DNA from: Scenedesmus sp. PABB004
Lineage: Eukaryota
Assembly: GCA_014905635.1 (NCBI GenBank)
Contig: JABVCE010000037.1
Span: 1-64,000 of the forward strand
Direction: 5' to 3'
Length of the DNA stretch: 64,000 nucleotides
A program made the position numbers and the translations under genes. Under the pieces are notes generated by a model that worked only from the letters and a program-made list of their open reading frames with translations, was not told the origin of the DNA and did no database searches. Numbering within the stretch: position 1 is the first letter of the stretch; each line of letters starts with the position of its first letter. This document shows positions 9,816 to 22,245 of the stretch, piece by piece.

Positions 9816-12800
9816 TCACTCGTCGTCCTGTGCGTCGGGGCGCGCGGGGCGGGGCGGGGCGGGGCGGGCGGGGCGTCAGCGCGCGGCAGGGGCGCGGCGG
9901 AGGGCGCGGGGCGCGCACGCGCGCGCGCGCGCGCGGGCCCTTGCGCCGTCGGCCGGCGCTGCCGGCGCTGCGCGCGCGGCGGCGCCGCACCTCGCTCTCC
10001 GACACCTCCTCGCCGCGGGCCTTGCGCGCGGCGCGCTCCTTGGCCTTGGCCTTCTTCTCCTTGCGGCTGAGCTCCTTCTTGGGGCCCTTGACCTTGATGG
10101 TGTTGCCAAACGCGTCGGTGACCTCCTCCTGCACCTTGAACTCCACCTTCTCGCGCGTCAGCACCTGGGGCGCGCCCGTCACGGCGACCTGGCCCGCCGC
10201 GACGGTCCACTTCTCGGGGCAGAGCGCGGTCGTGAACTCGTTGTGGTGCGAGATGATGACCACGCCGCCGCCAAACTCGCGGATCGCGCCCGCGAGCGCG
10301 CCGAGCGAGTCGCGGTCGAGGTAGTTGGTGGGCTCGTCCATGACCAGGATGTGGGGCTGGTTCCACGTGCACGCCGCGAGCACGACCTTCACCTTCTGGC
10401 CGCCAGACAGGCCGCGCATGTGCGCGTGCGTCGCAAACTCGGCCTCCAGGCCGAGCAGGCCGAGGTGCTTCTCCACGTTGGCCTTGGTCAGCGGGCGGAG
10501 CATCAGGCCCTGCGCGCGGGGGGCGGGGGGAGAGGCGGCGGCGGCGCCGCGCGGGTCAGTCGGCGGCCGCGGCGCGGCGCGGCGCGGCGCAGCGCGGCGC
10601 AGCGCGGTTGCCGTTGCCAGCGGGCGCGCTTCGCTGGCGCCGCCTGCGGCAGGCGCCCAGCGCCCAGCGCACAGCGCGCGCGCGCGGCGCTCACCGCGCG
10701 CGCGGCCTCCTTCATGTCCAGGTCGGTGACCATCTTCTCCAGGCCCATCTCCACCAGGTCGTCGCGCGTGAGCCAGGTCGCGGCCTCGGGGCCCTTGCCC
10801 TGCCACTGCACCTCGTACTCGTAGTCCTTCTTGAGCTTGCGGCGGCCGAGCAGCTTGTCGACCTTGAGCTTCTGCGGGGGCGCACAGCGCGCGCGGCACG
10901 CGGGCGCGGCGCGGCGGCGCGTGAGCACGCGCGCGCGCGCGGGCTGCAGCGCGGCGGGCGCTGGCGGGCTGCTGCCGCGCGCGGCGCGCGCCGCCGGCCG
11001 CCGCGCCGCCGCGTTGTCTCACCAGCAGCGCGCCGTCCTCGCCCTTGATCTGGTGCACCTTCTCCTTGGCCGCCTTGTCCTCGGCCGTCTCCTGGCGCGT
11101 GGCCTTGACCAGCGCCTCGCGGTCCTCGCCCACGGCGTAGCGCCACTGCGGGCGGCGGCGGCGGGCGCGCGCGTGTGAGCGGTGCGGGGCGGGCCGCGTG
11201 GGCGGCTGGGCCCGAGGGCATGTGCTCGCGACCGGGCGGCAGGGGCCCGCGCGCGCGGCAGGCCGCCCTGCGGCCGCGCCGCGCCCAGGCAGCTGCTGCG
11301 CGCGCTCGCTGGGCCGCCGCGCGCGTCGCAGGCATTTTTTAGCGGGGAATGCGCGGCGCGCCCCAGCGCGGCCCCGGACGCCCCAAACGGCCGCGCCGCA
11401 CCTGGATATACTCGTTGGGCGTCTTGTCGAGATGCTGCTCGATGTGGTGGAACGCGTGCTGCGCGACGTACGCGATGCGCAGGTTGGGGTGCTTCCACAC
11501 CGTGCCCTCGGTCGCCTCGGTCTCGCCGGTCAGGACCTTTGCGCGCGGCGGGTCGGGAGCGGGCGGCGCGGCGGCGCGGCGGGGGTGGGCGCGCCGCCCG
11601 AGCCCGCGCGCAGCGCGCGCGCAATTTTTTAGCGCCTGCGCCCGCCGCGCCCGCGCACGCGCGCATCGCGCGGCCCTGCTTTGCGGCGCCGCGTCGGCGC
11701 GGCACCGCGCGGCGCAGGCGGCTGCGCGGCGCACCTTGATGAGGGTCGACTTGCCCGCGCCGTTGGCGCCGACGCAGGCGACGCGCGAGGAGAGGGAGAC
11801 GTACAGGGAGACGCCGCTGATCTGGGGCTTCTCGCAGCCGGGGTAGGTGAAGGACATGTTGTGCATCTTGAGGATGGCCTTGTCCTTGGACTTGACGCCC
11901 TCCAGGAAGCCCGGCTCGGGCAGGCGCCAGGTCTGCTCGGTCGCCTCGAGCGCGTAGTAGCTCTGCGCCTCGGGCACGGCCGCGACAAAGGCGGAGAGGT
12001 TGCCCTTGTAGACCTTGAGCTTGCGGTTGGCGTAGTGGATGATGTCGCTGCACACGCGGTCGAGGAAGCCGCTGTCGTGGCTCACGATGATGCTCGTCAC
12101 GCTGGTGAGGCCGCGCAGGTAGTCCTCCAGCCACGCGACGTTCGTCACGTCCAGGTGGTTGGTCGGCTCGTCCAGCAGCAGGATGTCGGCCTGGCGGCGC
12201 GGCGCGGCGCGCGCGCGGGGGGCGGGGGGCACGCGTGTGAGCGAGCGCGCAGCGCGCGCGGCGCGCCTGAACCCTAACTGCACGGCGCGCGGCGCGTCGC
12301 GGCGCCGCGCGGCGCACCTTCATGAGCATGGCGCGCGCGAGCGCGAGCTTCATCTTCCAGCCGCCGGAGAGGCTGGTGATGACCATGCCGAGCATCTCGG
12401 CGCTGAAGCCGACGCTGGTGAGCTGCGTGGTGATCTCCTCGCGGCTGACGTCGAGGCCGCTGCTGTGGAGCAGGGGGTCGGCAAAGACAAAGTCGACGAC
12501 GTTCAGGTCGGCGAGGCTGGCCTGGATGTCGTGCTCCACATACACCGTGCGCAGCTCGTCTGCGCGCGGGCGCGGGGCGCGCGGGCGCGCGGGCGCGCGG
12601 GCGCGCGGGCGCGCGCGCGTCAGGCCAGCGCCGCCGCCGCGCGTGCCGCGGCCCCGGCTGCGGCGCGCGCGCGCGGGCCGGGCGCGCGCGGCCGCGCAGG
12701 CCGGGCGCGCGCGGCCGCGCGGGCCGGGCGCCTCACCGGCGGGCGGGAAGCCGTCGACCTGGCCGTTGGCGATCGCGCGCATGAGCGTGGACTTGCCGAC

Positions 12801-14959
12801 GCCGTTGGGGCCGCACAGGCCGTAGCGGCGGCCGCGGATGAGGCGCATGGTCGCGTTGTTCAGCAGGATCTTGGCACCGTACGCCAGGCTGAACTCGCAG
12901 TTGCACAGCTCCTCGCCCTCCTCCTCGATCGGCGCGTTGGCCGCGGCCTCGCGCTCCGCCTCCTCCACCGCGCGCGCGAGGTACGCGCGCGTCACCGCCT
13001 CGGCGTCCTCCTCGCCCATGAAGCCCGACAGGTACGGCGTGACGGCGAGGCCGTTCCACTCGTCAAACTCAAAGTTCTTGGTGTCCTGCGGGCGCGGGAG
13101 CAGGCGCGGCGGCGGCGGCGGCGGCGGCACGGCGCGTGAGCAGGCGTGCCGCGGCGCGCGGCGGCGGGCGCGCGCGCGAGCGGGCGGGCGCGCTGCCGCG
13201 GGCGCCAGGTGCGCAGCAGCGGCAGCAGACGCGCCGCGCACCTGCAGGGAGGCCACCAGGCCGGCCACGTAGCCGAGCGTGGCGGCAAAGACGGCGTCGC
13301 CGGCGACGCTGGGGTTGCGCGCGGCGATGAGCTCCTTGAGGCTGGCCGCCACGGACGTGGGGTCGGCCTTCTTGGGCGGCACCGTCTTGCCCTCGTTGGC
13401 CACGCGCAGCAGCTCCTTGGCCGCGCGCGCCGCGACGGCGCGGCACTCGGGGTCGGCCACCTGCGGCGGAACGGTGCGGCGCGCGTGAGCGGGCTGCCGG
13501 CGCGCGCGGGCGCGCGGCAGGCGCGCGGCAGGCGCGCGGCGCGCGCGCGCGCGCCCGGCGGCGGGCGGCCCGGCAGCGCGCGGGCGGGCGGGCGGCGGCG
13601 CGCGCGGGGCGGCGCACCTCGTTGGCGACCTTCTCCAGGCCGGGCAGGAGGTTGGGCAGGAAGGGCACGGCGTCGAGCGGGTTGTCGACGAGCTTGGCCA
13701 TGTTCTCAATGATCACCGACGCCTTGCGCTTGATGGCGGTCGTGTTGTCGTGGCGCAGGCCGCGCACGAGCAGGGGCACCATGATGGAGAGCGTCGGCGC
13801 CTCCACCGCCTGCACAAACGTGGTCGCCGCGAGCTTGTGCACGCAGTCGGGCACCTTGATCGGGTTCTGCGCGCGGCGGGGCCGGCGCGGCGGGGCGGCG
13901 GGCAGGTGAGCGGCGGCGCGCGGGGGGCGCGCGGTGGGCCAGCCGCGCCCGCGGGCGGCGCGCGCGGCGCGGGCCCGCGGGCGGCGCGCGCGGCGCGGGG
14001 CGCGCGGGCGGCACCTGCATGGTGTCGATGAGCATGGGGATGAACTGCTCGAGGTCCTTGTTGTTCACGCACTGCATGCACGCGGTCATCGCGGCCGCGG
14101 CGGCGTCCTTGACGCCCTGGCGCGCGTTGCCGAGCGCCTCGGTGACCTTGGGCACGATGTCGGGCATGCACACCGCGACCTGGCTGGGGCAGCGCTCCGC
14201 GATGGCCTGCAGCATCTTGCACGCGCCCTCGTTGGTCTGCCACTTCTGGGCGAGCATGCCCTCAAACAGCGTCGGCAGCACCGCCGCGACGCCGTGGGGG
14301 CACATGAGGCCCTCCAGCGCGGTCTGCGCGGCCGCCGCCGCCGCGCGCACGGGCGCGGCCTTGTCGGCGAGCAGGGTGAGCACCTGGCCCAGCAGGGGCA
14401 TCAGGTAGGGCTCCGCGGGGCGGCCGCACGCGGAGCTGAGCGCGGCGAGGGCGAGCAGGCCGCCCTCGCGCGCGTCGGCAGACTTGGCATCGCCCAGCGC
14501 CGCGGAGATGGCCTCCACGGCGCCGGCCGACACGAGCTCCGACACGGAGCTGGCCTTGGCCAGGCCCGCCAGCTCCTGCGCCACCGCGGCGCGGTCGCCT
14601 GCGGGCACGGCGGCGCGCGGCGCGTGAGGCAAACGCGCGCGCGCGCGCGCGCGCGCGCCCACAGATCAGCCAGCGCAGCCTGATCCCGCCGCGCCCGCGG
14701 GCGCGCGGGGCCACGGGCGGCGCCAGCGCGCCGCCGCTGCGTGGGGCGAGCCGCGCGGCGGGCCGCCCCGGCCCGCCGGCGGGCCGGGGCGGCCCGCGCG
14801 GCGCCGCTGGCGCGGCGCCGCTGCCGCCGCTGCTGCCCCGCCCCGCCGCGCGGCGGCGCGGTCGCCCCGGCGATCACCCTCGGCGCTCAGCTGCTTGGAC
14901 AGCTCGGCGAGCTTGGTGCCGTTGCCGGAGGCGGGCACGGAGGTCGCGATGGCGGCCAT
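9816..14959 (-). CDS. eEF3: Translation elongation factor 3 (HEAT repeats + two ABC domains with chromodomain insert), about 12 exons
   Basis: [76 protein letters not shown], chromodomain [41 protein letters not shown], Lys-rich tail ending EDDE*. Confidence 0.95.
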
Positions 14960-15533
14960 CGTGGTCTGCGGGGGCGGAAACTGTCGGTGAACATTGCCCG
15001 ACCGCGCCGCGCGCGGCGGCGCCCACACCCCGCATGCGCTCGCCGTGGGCGCCCCTGGCGGGCGTCCGGCACCAGGGCCGGGCGCGCGCGGGCCACGGAG
15101 CGCCCGCCTGGCAGCAGGGCGCAGAGATGGCCGCTGCCCAACTCTGGCGCGCGCCGCGCCCGGCGAGGCCCCCCGCCGCCGCCAGCGACGCCTCACCTCG
15201 GTCTGGTTCACGTTACGCGGTCGGATTGCGGGTCGGGGGCTCCTAGGCAAACTGCGGGCGCGGGCGGGCGGCGTGTGAGGCGCGCCGGCGCCGCGGCGGG
15301 CCCCCGGCGCCGCTACCGGGCGGCCCGAGGGACCGTGCTGCGCCCGGGGTGCGCCGCGGGGCCGCGCGAGGCCGGCCGGAGCAGCGCAGGCGGGGCTAGC
15401 GAGGGCGGCGTGCACGAGGGCCCGCCCCCCGCCGCGCGCCGCCGCCACCCTGAGCGGCGCGGCCCCCCGGCGTGCGAGCGGTCCCCCGCGCACCTCTGGC
15501 TTTGCCGCAGTGAAGCGGGAAGACGGGGCTCTA

Positions 15534-16530
15534 AGTGTGCGTCTGGGGTCGGGTCCGCTCTTCGCCTCGCGAGGAGACTACTTGCGGGAAGCGTGTGCGG
15601 GCGCACAGCTCCAAGGTGGCCGCCCGGGCGGGCGCGGCGCGACTTGAGCGCGGGCGCGCCCCGATTGCAGCAGTCGTGCGGGCGGGGTTGAAGGGCACCA
15701 GCTGCCCCCGCGCCGCGCCTGCCTGTGCGCAGCCGACGCAGGCGCACAGCCCGCACCAGGACAGCGGCGGCAGGCTGCCGTCGCGTGCGAGGGCGCGACC
15801 GGACGATGGCGCGCGGCGCCAGCCTGGCCCGGGGCCGTGGGCGAGCGCGCAGGGCAGGCGCGCGCGTCTCGCGGCTGTGCGCTCGCACGGGCCCGGGCAC
15901 GCGCGGAGCCAGCTGGCTCGCGCCTGCAGGTGCCGGTCGGCCGCCGGCGGCGCGGCGCGCGCTGCGGCGCTGCCAGGCTGCGGCGGCGCAGCGGCGGCTG
16001 GAGATCAGCCGGCGCCAGGGCCTGCCAGCGAAGACACGCACAGCACGCCGCGGCGGCGGCTGCCGGCGCGCTGGCCAGCGGGCGCGCTGCGCCTGGATCA
16101 GCCGCGACGAGACCCGTGTGCGAGCAGGGCCTGCTCAGCCAGCGCCCCCCCCCACGGCAGCGTCCTGCGCGGCCCTCGCTCGCGCGCGAGCAGCGCCGCC
16201 CGGGTGCGTGGGCCGCCGCCGCCGCGGGCCCGCGCGCGGTGCCAGCTCTGCTGCAGGCGTCGGCCGACGTCCCACGCTGGCGCGGCAGCCAGCGCCGGTG
16301 CGCCTGCAGCGCGCGGGGGCGATGTGACCGTTTGTTGTTGAGTTGAATCCCTGCACCCGCGTCCGCGCCCAGCGCGCCGGGGCGGCGGCCGACGGCGCTG
16401 GCGGGACCAGGCGCACTCACTGAGCCCGACTGCGAGCCAACTGCCCACAGCGGGCGCGCCCGCCAGCAGCATCGCCTGCGCCCCACCCCTGGCAGGGCGG
16501 CTGCGGCGCAGCTAGCCCGCCGCGCGCGAT
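15534..16530 (+). repeat. Left arm of a ~1-kb inverted repeat
   Basis: Reverse complement of 21125-22125. Differences seen: one substitution near 15626, C-run length at ~16146, a 3-nt indel at the outer end and 2 nt near the inner end. Confidence 0.95.
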
Positions 16531-16806
16531 AGTCGGCGGTCAAACCGCGCGTCTGGCGCTGACCGTGAGGGCTGCGGGTGTCAGCGAGGATCGGCGACGC
16601 CTGCGGCATGCTGCACCTCGCCGTGTGCGTTTCAGAGCGCGGGGCCGCCCTGCCCTCGCGATGGACCTCGGCCGCCGGCGCCGCGCCGGGAGTCCCGCAG
16701 CCAGCGCCGCCAGCGCTGCCTGCCATCCAGTCAGCTACCTAACCTAGCGCGCCTGCGCGCCCACCTCCCCCCCCCCCCCCTTCCCCCGCGTCCCCGCCAT
16801 GCTGTG

Positions 16807-18405
16807 CTAATGCTGCTGCTGCGCGCCGCCGCCGGCGGCACCCGGCCGGCTGCCCTGCGCGGCGGCGAGCCCGCCCCCTTCCCGCGCCAGATTTGGCGCC
16901 GGCGCGCCCGGCTGCTGCCAGGCGTCCACGCCGGCCAGGCGCGGCGACAGCACGCCCGTGCCGAGGTCGCCGGCGAGATCCTGCTCCACCTGGGCGGGGT
17001 GCAGGTGCAGCTCCGGCTGGCTGAACTCGGCTGCGTACTCGTGCATGAGCAGCAGCAGCTCAGGGTTGAGCGCGCCCCCGCCAGGCCCGCCGCCACCCGC
17101 GCCGCGAGGCGGGTGCGGGTGCGCGTGCGGCGCGCTCGCCACGTCGTGCGACACGCGGCGCGGCTCCGGCCCCCGGGCCGCCGCCAGGCTGCCCGGTGAG
17201 CCGCCGCGCGCCGGCGCGCCCACCTGCTGCTGCCACGCCGCCGCCGGCGGCGGCGGCGGGCGCGCGGGCGCGCCAGCTTGCGGGCTGGCGTGCTGCGCCT
17301 TGCGCGCCGCGCTGACGCCCGGCCTGGCGCTGCCCTGGTCGCGCCCCGCCGCCCTGCCGGCAGCGCCCGCCGCGGCCTGGCCCGGCCGCCGCGGCGGCGT
17401 GGGCGCGCGCGGCTTGGCGCTGGGCCTGGGGCTGATGGCCGCGCGGCCCTCCGGGCCGGGCAGCACCTGGTGGCGGTCCATCCACTCGCCGAGCGAGATG
17501 GGCTCGCCGCCGTCGACCGTGACCAGCGAGCGCCGCCACTTGCGCGCGATGCCGCGCCCGCCCAGCTGCTCAAACGCGGACAGCGACATGCTCTGGCCCT
17601 CAAACTGCGGGCGCGGCGCACGCAGCGGTGGCAGGCGGTGAGCCAGCAGCGCAGGGGCGGGGCGCCGCTCGGCGGCCGCCCCCAGGTGGCGTGCAGCCTG
17701 GCCGAGATCGCGCAGCAGGCCCGCGTGCCCGTTGCCGCCCCCCCCCCCCCCCCGCAGCCCACCTGGCCCTGCTGCGGCGTGACTTGCATCTTGGCCAGGT
17801 CCAGCAGCCCCGGCAGCTGGTCGCACCACACCTGCAGGTGGCGCACGCCGCCCGCAAAGCCGACGGGCTGGCTGCGCTCGCTGCGCGCGGCTGCGGCCGC
17901 CGCAGCCGCCGCGGCGCGCTGGCGACTCGCGGACGGCTGCCGCATGGGCCGTCCAGAGGGTGACAGCAGCGGCGCCGACGCTGCTGCCTGGCCGCTGCCG
18001 GAGCGCGCCGCGTCCGCCGCGGCGCCGGCGGGCTCCGCCGGCCACGCCAGCTGCTCCTGCTGCAGCGCTGGCGCAGCCGCCTCAGGCACGGCCTGGCCAG
18101 CTGCGGCCAGCGCCTCGCGCTCCGCCAGGTGCTGCGGGGTGTAGCCCGGCTGCCGCTCGGGCATCACCGCCGGCTGCTCCTGCTGCAGCGGCGGCGCGCC
18201 CAGGCCGTGCGGGCTCGGCGCGCGCCAGAGAAGGCTGGGCGGCGGCAGGCCGCCCATGCCGTGCACACCGCCCGCCGGCATCTGCGGCTGCAGCTGCTGG
18301 TGCGCTCGAGGCTCCGGGGGCTGCAGCTGCGGCCCCACCGGCCGGCCTGCAAAGCCGGGCGCCAGCGCCTGGTCGGCCGAATAGGCTCGCTGCAGCAGGC
18401 CGGCG

Positions 18406-18438
<33 letters not shown>

Positions 18439-20819
18439 GCCTGGCCAGGCGCCGCCGCGCCGTGCCACGCGCCGCCGTCCAGCCAGGGCTGCAGCTGGTG
18501 GTGCTGCGGCGTGTGGGCGGGCCAGCCGCCGCGTGAGCGCTTGGCCGACTGCGGCTGGTCGTCGGGGCCCAGCCCCAGCTCGACGTCCAGCTCGCCGCTC
18601 TCCTGCGACGACGGCGCGCCAGACCCGCGCCGCCGCCGCACGCCGGGCGACACCAGCTGCGCCGCGCCGCGCAGCCCGGGGCTGGTCAGCAGCTCCTCTG
18701 CGCCGCCGCCCGCCGCAAAGGCCGGGGCGAGCGCGCCGCCGAGGCCGGGCAGGGCGCCGATGCTGCCGGTGCTCGCGCGCCCGGGCGGCGCGGGCGGCGG
18801 CAGCACGCGCTCGAGGCCGTGGAGCTTCATGAAGTCGCCCGCGCTCATGGCGCCCTCCGGCAGCAGCGCGTCCGCCTCGCCGCACGGCAGCACGGTCAGC
18901 GACTGCCGCCACTTGCGCGTCGACGACTTGCCTGCGAGCGCCTCAAAGGCCGCCGGGTTGACGCGCAGCTCCTCCTGCGGCGGCGGTGCGCATGGCGGCG
19001 GCGGGGGCGTGACGCGCGCGCGCACGAGAGGGAGCGAGCCGGCGCGCGGGGCGCCTGCGGCGGGCGCCGCCGCGCACCAGGCCGTGGCCCACGGCAATGC
19101 TCATGTCTGTGACGTCGAGCCACCCCAGCAGCGAGCCGCACGCCACGCGCACGTAGCGCCGCCCGGCCGCGAGCAGCGCGGCCACGCCCGTCGGCTCGAC
19201 GCTGGGCGGGGCCGCGTCCTGCGGCGAGGCCGGGATGGACGCCTTGCGCCGCTGCCGGCGCGTCCTGCTGCCGATGCTGTCGTCAGCCGGCCCGCCCACG
19301 TCGGCGGCGGCGGCGGCCGCGGCCGCCGCCGCCGCCGCCCGCGCCGGCGCGTCGCTACGCGCTGCGGGCGTGTCGGCCAGGGCCATGCCGAGCATGGCCG
19401 GCGTCACCGAGGTGCGCGAGGGCGGCGCGGAGCTCGGCGTGGGCGCAAGCGACAGCTGGTGCGCCTGCTGCGCGGCGGCGGCGGCGGCCGCCGCCTGCTG
19501 TGTGGCCGGGATGATGAGCGGCGGCGGCCGGGGCGCCGACCGTGACGCTGCGCCGCCGGCCACCTGCAGCGGCAGGGGCGGCGGCATGCTCTGCTGGTCC
19601 TGCCACCGCTGCGCGCCGTCGGCGGCCGGCCCGTCGCTGCTTCCGACGCCCGGCAGCGCAGGCTTCTCTGCCGCCGCCGCGCCGGGGGCCGGCGGCGCGC
19701 CCCACGCGCTGCTGGGGGGCTGCACGGGCACCATGGCTGCAGCGCGCGGCGCCGCCTGGAGCATGCTCGGCGGCGCCGCATCAGGCGCCCGGCCCGGCGC
19801 GAGCTGTCGCAGCTGCAGCCCGAGCGGCACGTCCGGCTGGGCGAGCAGCTGCGGTGAGCCGCCGCGGGGCTCGTTCCCCGGGACCGGCCACAGCAGGGCG
19901 TCGCCTAGGTCGGCGTCCCCGGGCGCCGTCGGAAGGGGCTCCATGTCGACGTCCGAGGGCCAGCTGCCACCGCTGCTGGGGCTGATGCTGCTGCTCAGGC
20001 CGCGCCCCGCCGCCGGCGCGCCCGGCAGCTGGTGCGCCAGCGTGGGCGACGCAGGCAGGCTGCCCCCGCCTGCCTGCCTGGAGCTGCCGCCGCCGGTGGG
20101 CACCAGCTGTGCCTGCGGCGAGCGCGCGGGCGTGAGCCAGGTGCGCAGGGCGAGGCGCCGCCTCCCACGCACGCCCCCCTCCCCCGCCCCCAACAAGCGC
20201 CCACACAGCACAAGCGCGCGCACTCACCGTGATGCCAAGCGTTGCCGGCGGCTCTAGCCTGGCCGCGAAGGGCGGCAGCGTGGCGTGGCCGATCCTGCCC
20301 AGCAGGTCCAGCGGGCTGCCGGCCCTGCTGCCGGCCAGGCGTGCCTCGGGCGGCCAGGTGGGCGCGCCGGCGAGCGGGTCGCTGCCGACCAGCAGGTCGA
20401 GCGGCGTCGGCTCGCTCGCAGGAAAGCCGCCGCTCGCCTGGCCCAGCAGCGCACCCAGGCTGCCGCCGCTGCCACTGCTGCCGGGCACCGCCTCCGGCCA
20501 CGCGCCCTGCCAGGGCGGCGGCTGGGGGGCTGCTTGCCCCTGCGCCAGGGGCAGGCGGGCCATGCGCGTGCGCGCCCGCGGGCTGCTCGGCTGCTGTTTG
20601 GGTTTGAGCTGCCTCGGTACCGCTCTGCTGCTGCTGCGGCCGCTGCTGCGACAGCTCCTGCTGCTGCAGCAGCTGTTGCCCCTGCAGCGCCGGCGGCGGC
20701 GGCGCGTGAGCGGGACGCCCGCCGGCGGGCGCCGCTGCGTGGGGCAGTACGACTGCCGACCCGGCAGCCGGCGCTGCGCGCACGCGCAGCCGCACCTGAT
20801 GCGGCTGCTGCTGCTCCAT
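16807..20819 (-). CDS. Low-complexity nuclear protein with two SAND (VARL/regA-like) domains; 5' exons uncertain
   Basis: SAND1 VRVACGSLLGWLD...|EELRVNPAAFEALAGKSSTRKWRQSLTV. SAND2 LQVWCDQLPGLLD...|FEGQSMSLSAFEQLGGRGIARKWRRSLVTV...LGEWM. Also polyQ and an NLS-like RRQRRK. Confidence 0.8.
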
Positions 20820-21124
20820 GCGCTCTCACGCCGCTTCAGGCCGGCACCTGCGAGCGATGCTGCCGGGCTCAGCCGCGCGCGCGCCTGCGCACGCCGCGCT
20901 GGTGCCGCCGCTGCTGCTGCCCGGCCGCTGCAGCCGCCGCGCGGCTCGCATCCCGCGAGGGTGGTCGGGAATACTTTAACCGGGGCCCTGCCAGCGCGCC
21001 AGGGACGCCAGGCAGCCCGCTGCTGGCCCAGACGTGGGCCATCGCCTTGCCGCCGCGCGCAGGCGCGCCCGGCAGGGCCCCCGACTGGCCGAGAGAAAGG
21101 ATGTCTCACCTCACACTCGGTGGC

Positions 21125-22125
21125 ATCGCGCGCGGCGGGACAGCTGCGCCGCAGCCGCCCTGCCAGGGGTGGGGCGCAGGCGATGCTGCTGGCGGGCGCG
21201 CCCGCTGTGGGCAGTTGGCTCGCAGTCGGGCTCAGTGAGTGCGCCTGGTCCCGCCAGCGCCGTCGGCCGCCGCCCCGGCGCGCTGGGCGCGGACGCGGGT
21301 GCAGGGATTCAACTCAACAACAAACGGTCACATCGCCCCCGCGCGCTGCAGGCGCACCGGCGCTGGCTGCCGCGCCAGCGTGGGACGTCGGCCGACGCCT
21401 GCAGCAGAGCTGGCACCGCGCGCGGGCCCGCGGCGGCGGCGGCCCACGCACCCGGGCGGCGCTGCTCGCGCGCGAGCGAGGGCCGCGCAGGACGCTGCCG
21501 TGGGGGGGGGGGGGGGGCGCTGGCTGAGCAGGCCCTGCTCGCACACGGGTCTCGTCGCGGCTGATCCAGGCGCAGCGCGCCCGCTGGCCAGCGCGCCGGC
21601 AGCCGCCGCCGCGGCGTGCTGTGCGTGTCTTCGCTGGCAGGCCCTGGCGCCGGCTGATCTCCAGCCGCCGCTGCGCCGCCGCAGCCTGGCAGCGCCGCAG
21701 CGCGCGCCGCGCCGCCGGCGGCCGACCGGCACCTGCAGGCGCGAGCCAGCTGGCTCCGCGCGTGCCCGGGCCCGTGCGAGCGCACAGCCGCGAGACGCGC
21801 GCGCCTGCCCTGCGCGCTCGCCCACGGCCCCGGGCCAGGCTGGCGCCGCGCGCCATCGTCCGGTCGCGCCCTCGCACGCGACGGCAGCCTGCCGCCGCTG
21901 TCCTGGTGCGGGCTGTGCGCCTGCGTCGGCTGCGCACAGGCAGGCGCGGCGCGGGGGCAGCTGGTGCCCTTCAACCCCGCCCGCACGACTGCTGCAATCG
22001 GGGCGCGCCCGCGCTCAAGTCGCGCCGCGCCCGCCGGGGCGGCCACCTTGGAGCTGTGCGCCCGCACACGCTTCCCGCAAGTAGTCTCCTCGCGAGGCGA
22101 AGAGCGGACCCGACCCCAGCACACT
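21125..22125 (-). repeat. Right arm of the ~1-kb inverted repeat
   Basis: Reverse complement of 15534-16530; mirrored ORFs appear in the track (e.g. 15725..16327+ versus 21314..21937-). Confidence 0.95.
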
Positions 22126-22245
22126 GGCGGCGGCGCGCGCGCTGCGCCCGGTTCCGCGGCTGCGACGAGACCCGCGCGCGCAAGCAGGCGCCCTCCACGG
22201 CAGCGTCCTGCGAGGCCCTCGCTCGCGCGCGAGCAGCACCGCCGG
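22126..22245 (+). repeat. Diverged partial third copy of the inverted-repeat sequence (matches about 16073-16203)
   Basis: Shares GCGACGAGACCCG and CCACGGCAGCGTCCTGCG.GGCCCTCGCTCGCGCGCGAGCAGC.CCGCC. Confidence 0.75.

Noticed and set aside
15535..16472. ORFs within the inverted-repeat arms as a transposase or recombinase
   Set aside because: No DDE, tyrosine- or serine-recombinase motifs, and the C/G run length differs between arms, breaking frames.
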